This document shows, one piece after another, positions 1-10,185 of a DNA stretch of 64,000 nucleotides (position 1 is the first letter of the stretch; each line of letters starts with the position of its first letter). Source of the stretch: Trypanosoma brucei (Eukaryota); contig CP000071.1 in NCBI GenBank assembly GCA_000002445.1, positions 1,056,001 through 1,120,000 on the forward strand, given 5' to 3'. The notes beneath the pieces are model-generated. The model was not told the DNA's origin. It did no database searches and saw only the letters and a list, made by a program, of their open reading frames with translations. The translations under genes and the position numbers were made by a program.

Positions 1-1496
1 AACACACAATTCCCGTACCTTCCCACATTGAGTTACAGCCGGTCTGAACACCCATGCGCTTATTAAGCCTTATTGGTGTACGCGCAGCGCGCCACTGCTA
101 GTGAACAGCTTCTTTTTCAAAAAAAAACTTTCCACAGCTCTGCGCAATGCCAAATGGTATTTTCATAGGGCTGCCGCCCCAGTAGGTCTCCTTGTGAAAT
201 TCACTTTTTTTGAACTGGTGTTTTCCCGACAGCTCCTGATTCCTTGTCCCTCAACAGGCGGTTGGTAGGTAAATCCAGGTATTAATCCAGCTGCCAGACG
301 TTTCGCCCATTTCCTCCCAGCCTTACCTCAATATTTAGGACAGCAAAACCCGCACCGAAATTGTATAAGACATGCACAAATGCAAGCCACCCTTTAATTA
401 AAATTCGTCCAATCGATCCCACTGCTTATATGTCGAGAGAATAAAACACAAAACGCGGTCACTTCATAATCGCAAAATCATCCAGTTTTGCGCAAAAGCG
501 TATCATTACCTCCCTACCCCAAATCTCCCTCGACATATTTTGATTACTCTTACGAGCACTCACGTGTCACAAAAGCAAGTGCAAAAAAAAAAGCTCTACT
601 GATCTCGAAGAAGCCCAACTGATGCAATACACCCCTCCCCCACAATCAAAAACGAAATTGCCATTTAATCGCCCTCGTGCAAATCATATCAGCTCTAGTG
701 CAGCTATTACGCTTACGGTGTGGGCCTTTCCCCCCTTACAGTTTCCATTCAAGGGGAAAGTAAGCATTACCGTGGTTAAAAAAACCACCATAAGGCGCAA
801 AAACGTACCGGCACGCATGCTCAACCGAAAAAGAAAAACACACCCCCACCCACCTAACCAACATACGGAACTGTACAATACGCCTGATGATGGCGGGAAT
901 GGGGAAAGATATGGGGCATGAAAAAAAACTCTTTTCCCGTCAGTATGGTATGCATCACACGGCGCATGCACCCCAAACATCCCAACGAAAGATGTCCTCC
1001 TGCGGGAAAACAGAAGGTCGGATAGCAACTACATCATTTTCATACAACCATCTAATATAACTTTGTGAAGGCAAAAATCAAAGTGTGGTAGAAAGAAAAG
1101 GTTGAGAGAACAAGGTTGTGTGGCATGTTCCGCAAGATAATGACAGCAAGTGACGCAGAGCCGGGTAGCGGCACACACACACACACACGGCAGCGGTTGG
1201 CCGCACATAAGAAAGTTTCCAGCATCAGGCCTATAAGGCTATTCACGTTTTAGAATTGTTGGATCAAAATAATGAGAAACGAAAAAGAAAAGATTCAGAA
1301 GGGCAAAAAATTGAAGAAACCTTAGATTCAACCGTTAGGATGCCGCATAATGAGGAAGGAACGCAATATGGTTACAACCTCGGTGCGCACTGCCGCTTAC
1401 TCCCTATTGTTGTTATTGAAATATGGCATATAACAAGAAAGGAAACCCACGTCCACTTTGCTAAACCCACACCACCCACACGAATGTAATCGTGTT

Positions 1497-2561
1497 TTAC
1501 ATTTTGGAAGTGCGCGGGAGCGCCGGGAGCCCCTCATCAGCCAACTTGCAGGAGTTGAGCTTCTTGAACGAGCGTTTGGCACAACCGTTGGCATACAACA
1601 CATTGTAGACCTCATGGCATATGGGGAGGTGCACGTTGTGCTTCTTGGCGAGTCGCTCCAGCGGCTCAGCGGTTGCAACACCCTCAGCAACGGCCTTGCT
1701 GGTGCGCTTGATCTCTTCGAGGGAAATGCCTTGGCCGAGCTTCATGCCCACCGTAAAGTTACGTGAGAGTTCTGAAGAGCAGGTGAGCAATAAGTCACCG
1801 AGGCCGGGAAGGCCGAAGACAGCCTCACCCGTGCCGCCAAGTGCCAGGGTCAGGTCACGGATTTCGAGAAGACCACGAGAGATGAGGGCAGCGCGGGCAT
1901 TGTTCTCAGTTCCAAGTCCCTTTAGTGCACCTGAGGCAATGGCAAGCACATTCTTCATGGCGCTTGCGATCTCGCATCCGATAACATCGGTGGTTGCCCA
2001 GCAACGGAAGGAGCCGTCGGATGTGGTCATGATTTTCTGAATCTTTCGTGCCATGTTGATGTCGGCCGCGGCAGTGCAAACATTTGTCAGCATTCCCTTA
2101 GCAACTTCAATGGCGAATGAAGGGCCAGCAATAACACCGATTGGATAGTTGGGCAGGAACTCCTCCAAGATCTGTGCGGGGAAGAGGAGGGAGGAGCGCT
2201 CGATGCCCTTGCTGCACATCACCACGGGCACGTTGCGGGAAACAACGTGGTTGCGGAGGATGTGGCTGTTCTTCTGGAGGAACCCGCGGAGGAACTGCGT
2301 CGGGATGACGAAGAGGACAATCTCCGCACCTTTCGCGCACTCCTCAGCATCGGCCGTGAAGGTAAGGTTAGCTGGAAGCGGTGCACCGGGAAGGAAATAT
2401 ACGTTTTCGTGCTTCTGGTTCACAACACGGGCCTCATTGGCGTTCATATGCCATACGGACACAGACTCACACTTCTTTGCAAGGACGCACGCCAGAGCGG
2501 TACCGAAGGCGCCACTGCCGAACACCGCACCGCGCTTCAGATATGTCACACCGGAGACCAT
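1497..2561 (-). CDS. GPDH: NAD-dependent glycerol-3-phosphate dehydrogenase, glycosomal type (354 aa)
   Basis: ORF 1497..2732 on the minus strand. The Rossmann motif [10 protein letters not shown] lies 14 aa after the internal Met of [24 protein letters not shown], so I place the start at the in-frame ATG whose top coordinate is 2561 (plus-strand cat at 2559-2561). Family-level similarity to G3PDH runs the whole length ([25 protein letters not shown]). The C-terminus is ...PRTSKM, a PTS1-type tripeptide as in trypanosomatid glycosomal G3PDH. The upstream 57 codons of the longest ORF look non-coding (low complexity). Confidence 0.9.
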   Translation of the reverse strand: MVSGVTYLKRGAVFGSGAFGTALACVLAKKCESVSVWHMNANEARVVNQKHENVYFLPGAPLPANLTFTADAEECAKGAEIVLFVIPTQFLRGFLQKNSHILRNHVVSRNVPVVMCSKGIERSSLLFPAQILEEFLPNYPIGVIAGPSFAIEVAKGMLTNVCTAAADINMARKIQKIMTTSDGSFRCWATTDVIGCEIASAMKNVLAIASGALKGLGTENNARAALISRGLLEIRDLTLALGGTGEAVFGLPGLGDLLLTCSSELSRNFTVGMKLGQGISLEEIKRTSKAVAEGVATAEPLERLAKKHNVHLPICHEVYNVLYANGCAKRSFKKLNSCKLADEGLPALPRTSKM

Positions 2562-2672
2562 TATGTGTTTGATATGATTTCTTGCTGTCTTTGATATTAC
2601 TGTAGCTTTTGCTCGTTGATTAATATAACTGAGGCTTGTAGTATTGCTAACCGTGGTTTCGCAAATACGTCC

Positions 2673-2699
2673 AGTAGAAAAAGGAAAAGAGACGGGAAG
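2673..2699 (-). promoter_or_regulatory. polypyrimidine tract upstream of GPDH: candidate spliced-leader acceptor region
   Basis: Plus strand agtagaaaaaggaaaagagacgggaag is purine-only, giving a 27-nt coding-strand polyY tract. The first coding-strand AG downstream (plus ct at 2647-2648) would give a 5'UTR of about 85 nt. Confidence 0.35.
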
Positions 2700-3271
2700 T
2701 TGAAGCAACAGATATGGCGGAGGTGCATGCACTCAACAAAATGCTCGCACACGATGCAGAGTAATCACTACCAGCAGCTTAGACGGAAACCGTTCTATAA
2801 CCCCGAAGGGGATCTCCATGAATGTGTATACCATTGCCATGAGGCGGCGCACAGGCACATATGCGCATGGTGGAGAGGTTGGCTATTGGTTGGCTAAGCC
2901 TCCGTTTTCCCTACTTTTTTTTGGGGGGGGGAGGGATGGGGCTGTAGAGTTTTGTATTTATTTTTATCGTCCCCATTCCTTCACCATTGGTATATTTTTC
3001 AATATTTCTATTTCATTCTATCCAGTTTCCGCCCCAACAACGGAATGTGTAAAAAATAAAATGTTGGGTTGCCATATTTTATACGTGTACACGCGTAGAC
3101 CCTTTTTCATTTGGACCCCTCCTCCCTTTCTCAAAGGCCACAGTATGATGGTCAGCAGTGCTGTTATTATCATTTTTTAAAAAAATTAACTCTCCGTTTC
3201 ATCTCTTTCCCTTCCCATGGTTGTAACTTGGTTAAGGTTTATAATGCTACGACTTGTTCCCTGCTGTTGTG

Positions 3272-6178
3272 TCATTTGCTTTCGATTGAGGCGTAACACA
3301 CTACGTAGATGGCACCATAGCCGTGATTGTCAAACCCAGATGGATTCTCCCACGCGGTGGTATTGTCATCTTCACCCGCTACCAGCGCCACATCCCGATA
3401 AGTCACGCGATCATTCTCAGGGCAATCGTCATCACAGTAACATTTTGTTCGTGGACCCGAAGAGTTTACAAACCTGTAAAAGTGCACGCTTTCGCTTCCC
3501 AACCTCAGTACAGACGTATTAGAGTGAAATTTCAGCGTTACACGCAGCCCAGCCCGCTTTGCATCATCACCTGCTGGCGTATCGCTCATGCTGGAAGGCT
3601 GCGACTCGGAGAACTGAATGGACTCAGTGTATGTAACATGCTTGCCACCACCCCATACGTAGCATAGATGTACCACCGCTCCAGTGTAGAGTGCGTGCGA
3701 ACCCCTGTATCGGAAAGCAACGGAACTTGTGCTGTCATTTCCCGAAAGCGCTGTAGAATTCAGGACGGTATTCGGTTTATTGCTCAATGGTGGGCACACC
3801 TTCGTCTTCGTACCGAGCATGACATCGTCCTTAAACACAAGAACTGTGTCCTCGCTGGCGTTTAACCCTCGGCCTCTGAATGTCGAATTCAGCGATACTT
3901 CACCAACACGCCACACATCAGGACTATGGCCAGAGTGCTTGACCACCTGATCTTCCGCCTCAAATACAATATTCGCTGCTGACAACTCCCTGCCTTTATG
4001 CAACACGGGTATATACGTTTCCGCACCGTTCTTTGCACACAGGATGTACTCCACGTTGGTTGAGGCACCGAAAATACTCACTGAATTCTCAAACCGCGCA
4101 GAGACATAGTCATCTTCATTCTGCGGCAACTCGCAAGCTGATGTATATCTGTTATTAATTAGGCAGAAGTGGAAAACACATCTCTCCCATGAGCGCACAA
4201 GTTTCATGTCGGAGGGCATGATACCTGATGACAGTGTTACAGTGGCCGTTTCCTTGAGAGTAAGCTTACCGTCTGGTAGTTCGAAACGAAGATCATACTC
4301 ACTCACATATAAATGGTTCTTCCCACAATTGCCATTTGTGGGTTCCATTGTGCCTTGCGGGCGTGCTACAGACCATACACCAAGTGATCGGATGTAATAA
4401 CACACTTTCAGACATTGGTGCGCCTCACCAACAACATCGTACCTGTATACTGTTCCTTTCTCCACTTCAAAACCGTTCTCGGCACGGAATTTATTGGACT
4501 GCATACCATGAGTGCACTCCGTATCAACAGAAACGAAATACACTGTATCCGCAGCGGAGAGATCATGCCCATGGAATGTCATGGAACCCGTTTGTCCACC
4601 ACGCAGAGGATACGGTGCGAGTTCGAAGGAGGGATTGCGGTCGTTGATAGTGATTCTCCCATTCACCTCAGCGGCATTCAGAGACCCACTCTTTCGGTAA
4701 CACACTCTCAGCATGCCACCACCGTTTGAATCAGGGTCTACAACAACTCGACACCTTGGTGTGTTCCCATTCCTTAACGAGCAGTTAAACCTTGTCACAC
4801 CATCTTTTTCGTGATCCCCACACGTGTCCAATGACACGAAGGCGGAGTCCCGCGTAGCATCAAGACCCGTGCCATTAAGCTCAATTTCCACCCTTTGCCC
4901 AATGACAACTGCGGGTGATACCACTGTGAAGGATGTGGGCTGAAGTACCTCTATCGTAAAATACGATTCCTGCGATTCGTCACCGTCGCCAATCCTTCGC
5001 AACTTACTCCATTCGTTGGAGGAGTGATTGTAATAGCATACATTACCCTCCATTTTATCATCAATAAGCATTTTAGTTGAAAAATTGACTCTCGCCATCG
5101 CATTCTCAACACTAATTTTTCCAACCTGTAGACCATATAGTAACGGCGCTTTGTCTGAGCAAGCCGAATCTTTCTGTACAATTATTATTTTATCTCCCTC
5201 AGTGGGAGTACTACCACCATGAAGTTGCAGGTAACCTTCCTCACGTGCCTGTGGTCTCACGGGTATTGTGCTGTATGTGTTGGTATTAGTGGCCTCAAAA
5301 GTAATGATTGCTCCGGTATTGTCTTTTTTGCCGTCCTCAACTGCGGTGTATGACCTTTCCTGATGTGAGGGGTTGCTACATGCCTCTGCTCCGGCACCGC
5401 AGTATGATACACAGATGGCAAAGGTTTTCTTGGTCGACGACGGTTGCAGGGAGAAGGTTCCCGTGATCCTTCCTGTTCCAACACCCTCCAGCTCATTCAA
5501 TTCGATGGTGTCTTCACTTGCCTTGGCACATAATTCTGAGACATGACTGGCATCACTACATTCCTCCACATTTCCACAGGGGAAAAGGAAGATGGTACGG
5601 TTTCCACCGAAGCCGCTGTTGACGGGGCGTCCCTTCTGTGCTGTTTCCTCCACAGTGAGGCGGAAGAGATCCAACCCATGGGGACTTGGTTCTACACTCA
5701 AAGAAAAATCCCTGTAAAGACTTGGCCATACATCCAATTGAGAGCCATCTCCTCCAGAATCCACACGCTTTGCAGGGAAGGTCTTGTTACCAGACACATA
5801 ACATACACCGTATTTATCCCCCACAGTAAAGATACTACTGCGCACTGTGAACGCCCCCTTGGCATTACCACCGTCGTGATCGACAGTAGAGACGTTGAAG
5901 ATATCATCTGGAATTGGTTTGCTATTACAATTTTTGGCATTTTCCTGTCGCACAAAATAAAACATATCAGTGCTAGAAAACTTCATGTCATCATTACCAT
6001 CACTGGAACCCTTGCTGAACTCTACTTGTGCGGTTTGATGTAGTGAGAGTTGCACAGCATCTGTAAGCTTGAACTCTACAGTGGCCATTGCTTTACCCAC
6101 AATAACCAACAGAATCACCGCAAGTAAAGTAGACAGATTCAGACGTCCATGTCTCACGCACTGATTAGTATAGCTCAT
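3272..6178 (-). CDS. large Cys-rich, N-glycosylation-rich secreted/membrane protein, hypothetical (about 968 aa from Met43; longest ORF 3272..6304 is 1010 aa)
   Basis: Uninterrupted 3033-nt minus-strand ORF. Met43 (MSYTNQCVRHGRLNLSTLLAVILLVIVGKAMA|TVEF) gives a textbook signal peptide: basic n-region, hydrophobic core, AxA cleavage site. There are many NxS/T sequons and repeated Cys-containing modules (…GVCYVSG…, …NVCYYNHS…, …RVCYRKSG…, …KVCYYIRS…, …HLCYVWGG…, …VVCYASIESK). I recognise no named family. The start could instead be the upstream ATG at 6304. Confidence 0.6.
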   Translation of the reverse strand: MSYTNQCVRHGRLNLSTLLAVILLVIVGKAMATVEFKLTDAVQLSLHQTAQVEFSKGSSDGNDDMKFSSTDMFYFVRQENAKNCNSKPIPDDIFNVSTVDHDGGNAKGAFTVRSSIFTVGDKYGVCYVSGNKTFPAKRVDSGGDGSQLDVWPSLYRDFSLSVEPSPHGLDLFRLTVEETAQKGRPVNSGFGGNRTIFLFPCGNVEECSDASHVSELCAKASEDTIELNELEGVGTGRITGTFSLQPSSTKKTFAICVSYCGAGAEACSNPSHQERSYTAVEDGKKDNTGAIITFEATNTNTYSTIPVRPQAREEGYLQLHGGSTPTEGDKIIIVQKDSACSDKAPLLYGLQVGKISVENAMARVNFSTKMLIDDKMEGNVCYYNHSSNEWSKLRRIGDGDESQESYFTIEVLQPTSFTVVSPAVVIGQRVEIELNGTGLDATRDSAFVSLDTCGDHEKDGVTRFNCSLRNGNTPRCRVVVDPDSNGGGMLRVCYRKSGSLNAAEVNGRITINDRNPSFELAPYPLRGGQTGSMTFHGHDLSAADTVYFVSVDTECTHGMQSNKFRAENGFEVEKGTVYRYDVVGEAHQCLKVCYYIRSLGVWSVARPQGTMEPTNGNCGKNHLYVSEYDLRFELPDGKLTLKETATVTLSSGIMPSDMKLVRSWERCVFHFCLINNRYTSACELPQNEDDYVSARFENSVSIFGASTNVEYILCAKNGAETYIPVLHKGRELSAANIVFEAEDQVVKHSGHSPDVWRVGEVSLNSTFRGRGLNASEDTVLVFKDDVMLGTKTKVCPPLSNKPNTVLNSTALSGNDSTSSVAFRYRGSHALYTGAVVHLCYVWGGGKHVTYTESIQFSESQPSSMSDTPAGDDAKRAGLRVTLKFHSNTSVLRLGSESVHFYRFVNSSGPRTKCYCDDDCPENDRVTYRDVALVAGEDDNTTAWENPSGFDNHGYGAIYVVCYASIESK

Positions 6179-8487
6179 GTTTCCAACCAAACAACCGTAA
6201 CACCCTTGCGAGGTACTGCGCGCAATAGCAGTGTTGTATGCGTTCCTTGGCGTACAAACAACCAATAATATCCGCTTCTTCTTCACGTCCGCTTCCGTAG
6301 CCACTACCGCGGAACAAATTTGGGGAGATAACTAAAATGTTTTAGCACTACCTGTTTTGCTTTAGGAATATGTAGCGCCGATAATGTGATCCTTCTTTCC
6401 TGCGTTGCTGTTGGCTTAATTTTACTTCGATCCTGCTTTCGTTACGTTTTTGTCGGATGTGTGGGTGTGTGTATTTTTATGTGTTTATATGTGCCTAACA
6501 CAATGGGACAAACCAAATAGGAACGTCGCCGTAACACACACCCAAACAGACACAACAGAAGAGTTTTGTGCGTTTTTTGTGGATTTTTTTTTCTATGGGA
6601 TGGTGACGAGAACGCCAATATTCGTTAATGCGAGACGGTATTTACTCACGTGATCAAAATGTCGTGAAGGGAATGTACAGCTTCCCTTAAAACGACAAAG
6701 CCTATGGTTGATTTTCAAATAATAATAATAATAATTAAAGACCAAAGTAAGAAAAAAAGGAAAAAAATGAAGAGAAAATTTTGTTTTCTTCCTTGCCTAC
6801 CTCCTCCCCCCTTTTTGCTTACTTTCTATGTGTCCTAAATTAGTTTTGCAAGGTGAAGAACCTAGTGATTGATATGTTTCAATCTTTGTAAGGCAGGGTG
6901 ATGTCGTGCGAATGTATTTGTATGCGAAGGAATTATAGAAAGAAGAAACCAGAGAAAGAGAAAGAGGGAAAGAGAGAGAGAGAGACAAGAGGAAGTACAA
7001 TTAAAAATGACAGAAATAACATCAGAGAGAATGAAAGCAAAACAAAACAAAAAAGGAAGAATGCAGTGCGTGAAATTAAGTAAATAAAAAATGGGCACAC
7101 AATGCACGAGCAGACGCACACACATATAATAAAGATGGGTAGTAAACAGAGACAAATGCGATTCAAAATCGTAAGGGCATCAGTTAGGAGGGAGAGGGCA
7201 AGGATAAATAGACATAAAAAAGAAAATGCATGAGCCAGAAAAAAACGGCTGTTGCCAAGCGTGTGCATCCGCAAGGACGAAAGAAGTAGAACAAACCAGT
7301 TAGAGCAAAAACAACAACAGAAACGCAACAACAACAACACACACAAACACAAAAAAAACACATAAACTTCGGTAGGAACACCTTTTGCACGTATAAATAT
7401 ACTTATATATATAAATACATGCAACTTGATGAATGAAGCGGGAGAAAAAAGTAGAGAGAAAGAGGGAAACAATCACAGCATTAATGATAACAATAACAGC
7501 CGATGGCTAAGGTAAATAGAAATCCCCCTTCTCTTTCCTTCTTTTTCTCCCTTTTCACATACGCATGCACCTGAAGAATTGGTGTGATGACAGGAAACTA
7601 GTTCGATGCTAGAAAAGGGTGGTGGGGAAACTACAAGAGAAAGAAAAAAAAAGGGTAAAGGTATAACAAACAAGAAGCCTTCTCTATCTCATGTGCTTTT
7701 CTTTTTAAATTTTTTTGTATTCTATTTTAAATCTAAGTTACGTATATATTTATACATATATATATATAAATATATACGCATGCATTAAACTTTCCCCATT
7801 TTTTCCATTCCCTTCCCTTCCTCACAATCATTTCCTTCTCTGTCATTTCTTTCCCTTAAACACTCACTTTTACTCCTTTTTTTCTTTAAATAACAATAAT
7901 ATAATGGTATAAAAATACCAAATGTACGACGCAAGGTTATTGGACGTTTCTTCTAAGTACAAAAAAAAAAGACACAAAATAAAGTGGAGGCTTCGGTTCA
8001 CCAATTCGATTGAAACAAAGACGACAACAAAAAAAAAAGAAAAAAGAAACAAACTGTTACAAGCTATAGAAGGGACACGGGATGAGAACTGACGCTGATT
8101 AAAAAAAAAAAGGACAACATCAACGACAACAGAACAAAAACGTGATGGAATATGGCGTGTCAAATTAGACGGCAAAACAAACAATAACAGTAAAAACGGC
8201 AACACCAATAGTGAAAAAAAAAACAATTAGTGTCAAACAAAAAAAAAAAGAAAAAACGAAACGAAACTACGGCAACAAACAATAGTAATAATAATAGTAA
8301 TAATAACTTTCGCCTCAATTTCCTTCTTTCCTTAACTCACTTCCATTCATCCATTCATTCACTCATTCCCTTCGTCTTCTTCATTCTTCTTCAATTACTT
8401 TGCACGTGCGTGTGTACATGTATTTTTCTTCCTGCTTCCGCATTTGTGTGCTTGTTCGCCTTTTCTCCAAAAGCAAACAAAAAGAAG

Positions 8488-8519
8488 GGAGAGAGAGAGA
8501 GAGAGAGGGGGGGGGGGGG
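8488..8519. repeat. (GA)10 immediately followed by G13 homopolymer
   Basis: gagagagagagagagagag then ggggggggggggg. Similar G/C homopolymers of 9 nt or more occur at 2923-2933, 16776-16788 (C-run), 17030-17042 and 39843-39853. Confidence 0.9.
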
Positions 8520-9069
8520 CGGGAAAGAAAAAAGAAAAAAAAACATATAGACGGATTTTTAAACTTTCGCCTTGTCTCTCCGTCTGTTCGACTTTCTGGT
8601 GTAAATGTTTCATTTCGTCATCTTTTCTTCACTCACTCACGCAACACAAATTCAAATACAAAAGTACAGATACCGTCACAGTTCAACCACGTCGCAAGTA
8701 AGCAAAGTAACGAAGAACGAAAAAAAAAAAGGGAGAAAGAAAAAAAAAATTACAACAATACGAAATGCCAAACAGATGAGGGTTAGAAGATGAACAACCA
8801 AGTGGCATCCAAGCAAACGGGTAACCAAGAGGCGGTTGTTCATATATATATATATATATGTGTGTGTATATATAAAGGAAAAAAGAGAACTAACCAATAA
8901 TAATCAAATTATTGTAATTGTAATAACAACAGCATCCGCAGCTGCAGGAAAAGGAAAAGAAAAAAAGTCCGGAAAAGAAAAGCAACAACAACAACGACGA
9001 CAACACAAAGCAGATGAAAACAACAACAATAACCAAAGTAGATATGGACAAGTAGGATTCTTCACGAGG

Positions 9070-10185
9070 CTACGCGCCTTTCGGTATTTGGCTTGCAAGA
9101 TGTGGATTAAAGCTGCATATTTCATCCCAGAATGCCCTACGGAGGGAGTCAAGACTCATTTCCTGCATTTCATATGGCCACGCGAAGGATGTCGGACACA
9201 CCGGCTCGTCCACTTCATCATGCAACGGTGCCATGAATGGATGGCGAAGTAATTCAGCCGCTGATGGCCTTTTCCGCGGGTCAAGCTCCCACATTTGGCT
9301 GAGAAAATCAATTCCATCTGCACTTGTCAACCCGGGCACAAGTTTGCCCATGTCCAATTCGCCATCAGGAAGTTGATTTAACTTCTCCAACGCCTCTGCA
9401 CTCTCTACCATATCCCTTGGAGGCTTCCCAATATGTGTGCAAATGAGCCGCAGCTGATCAATCGTGTTTCGGCCCGGAAGGACTGGCTTGCGATTGTACA
9501 TTTCTGCCATAATGCAACCGACTGACCAAATGTCTACCGCGGTGTCGTAGTAACTGTTTTCTAGAAGCAGTTCCGGCGGTCGGTACCAGCGTGTAATGAC
9601 GTAGTCAGTCAAATCATGATGTGGGATAGTGACGCTACGGGAAAGACCGAAGTCAATAATCTTCAGCTCGCACGAGATGTCAGTGACTAGGTTGGCTGGT
9701 TTCAAGTCACGGTGTGCCACACCGGCACTATGTAAATATTTTAAACCCCGAAGTATTTGATAAATGAAGTACCGGACGTGAGTTTCCTCTAGCACCTGAC
9801 GCGAGCGAAGCACAACATTCATATCAACATCCTTCAGGGGCGTTACTATGTAAACATCACGGAATTCATTGTAGCCCTTCATGGGCGGCAATATATCCAT
9901 GACATGTAACAAATTCTCGTGCCTGAAGAAGCGCATCATCGCAACCTCACGCAGAACGCGCCTGCCATCATCCAAGTCACGGAATACCTCTCGGCACTTT
10001 TTTATCGATACCTTCTCCTGTGTTTCTTCATTCAAGCAACTGCACGCAATACCATAAGCTCCCATACCAAGTATTTTCAAAAGTGTGTACTTCCGTGGAA
10101 CCTCAAACTCGGATCCACCAACATTGTACACCTTAAAGCCCCCTACAATTGTAGGCTCGCACAACTCTTGATTACTTTTGTGCAT
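9070..10185 (-). CDS. mitogen-activated protein kinase (CMGC group, TDY activation loop), 371 aa
   Basis: Glycine loop LGMGAYGIACS, VAIKK-like VSIKK, catalytic HRDLKPANL, DFG, activation loop HHDLTDYVITRWYRPPE (T-D-Y dual-phosphorylation motif) and MAPK-specific CD-domain region. Full-length ORF with no frame problems. Confidence 0.9.
   Translation of the reverse strand: MHKSNQELCEPTIVGGFKVYNVGGSEFEVPRKYTLLKILGMGAYGIACSCLNEETQEKVSIKKCREVFRDLDDGRRVLREVAMMRFFRHENLLHVMDILPPMKGYNEFRDVYIVTPLKDVDMNVVLRSRQVLEETHVRYFIYQILRGLKYLHSAGVAHRDLKPANLVTDISCELKIIDFGLSRSVTIPHHDLTDYVITRWYRPPELLLENSYYDTAVDIWSVGCIMAEMYNRKPVLPGRNTIDQLRLICTHIGKPPRDMVESAEALEKLNQLPDGELDMGKLVPGLTSADGIDFLSQMWELDPRKRPSAAELLRHPFMAPLHDEVDEPVCPTSFAWPYEMQEMSLDSLRRAFWDEICSFNPHLASQIPKGA

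Noticed and set aside
622-1028. 99-aa plus and 114-aa minus ORFs at the window start
   Set aside because: They overlap each other on opposite strands and have P/K/R-rich low-complexity translations. The region is more simply the 3'UTR of G3PDH.
6862-7472. Overlapping minus-strand ORFs of 97-179 aa (also 16884..17625, 18453..19031, 7870..8226)
   Set aside because: Translations are poly-Phe/Leu/Cys/Ser strings produced by CT/GA-rich and dinucleotide-repeat spacer DNA. Several frames are open at once, which is characteristic of non-coding low-complexity sequence.
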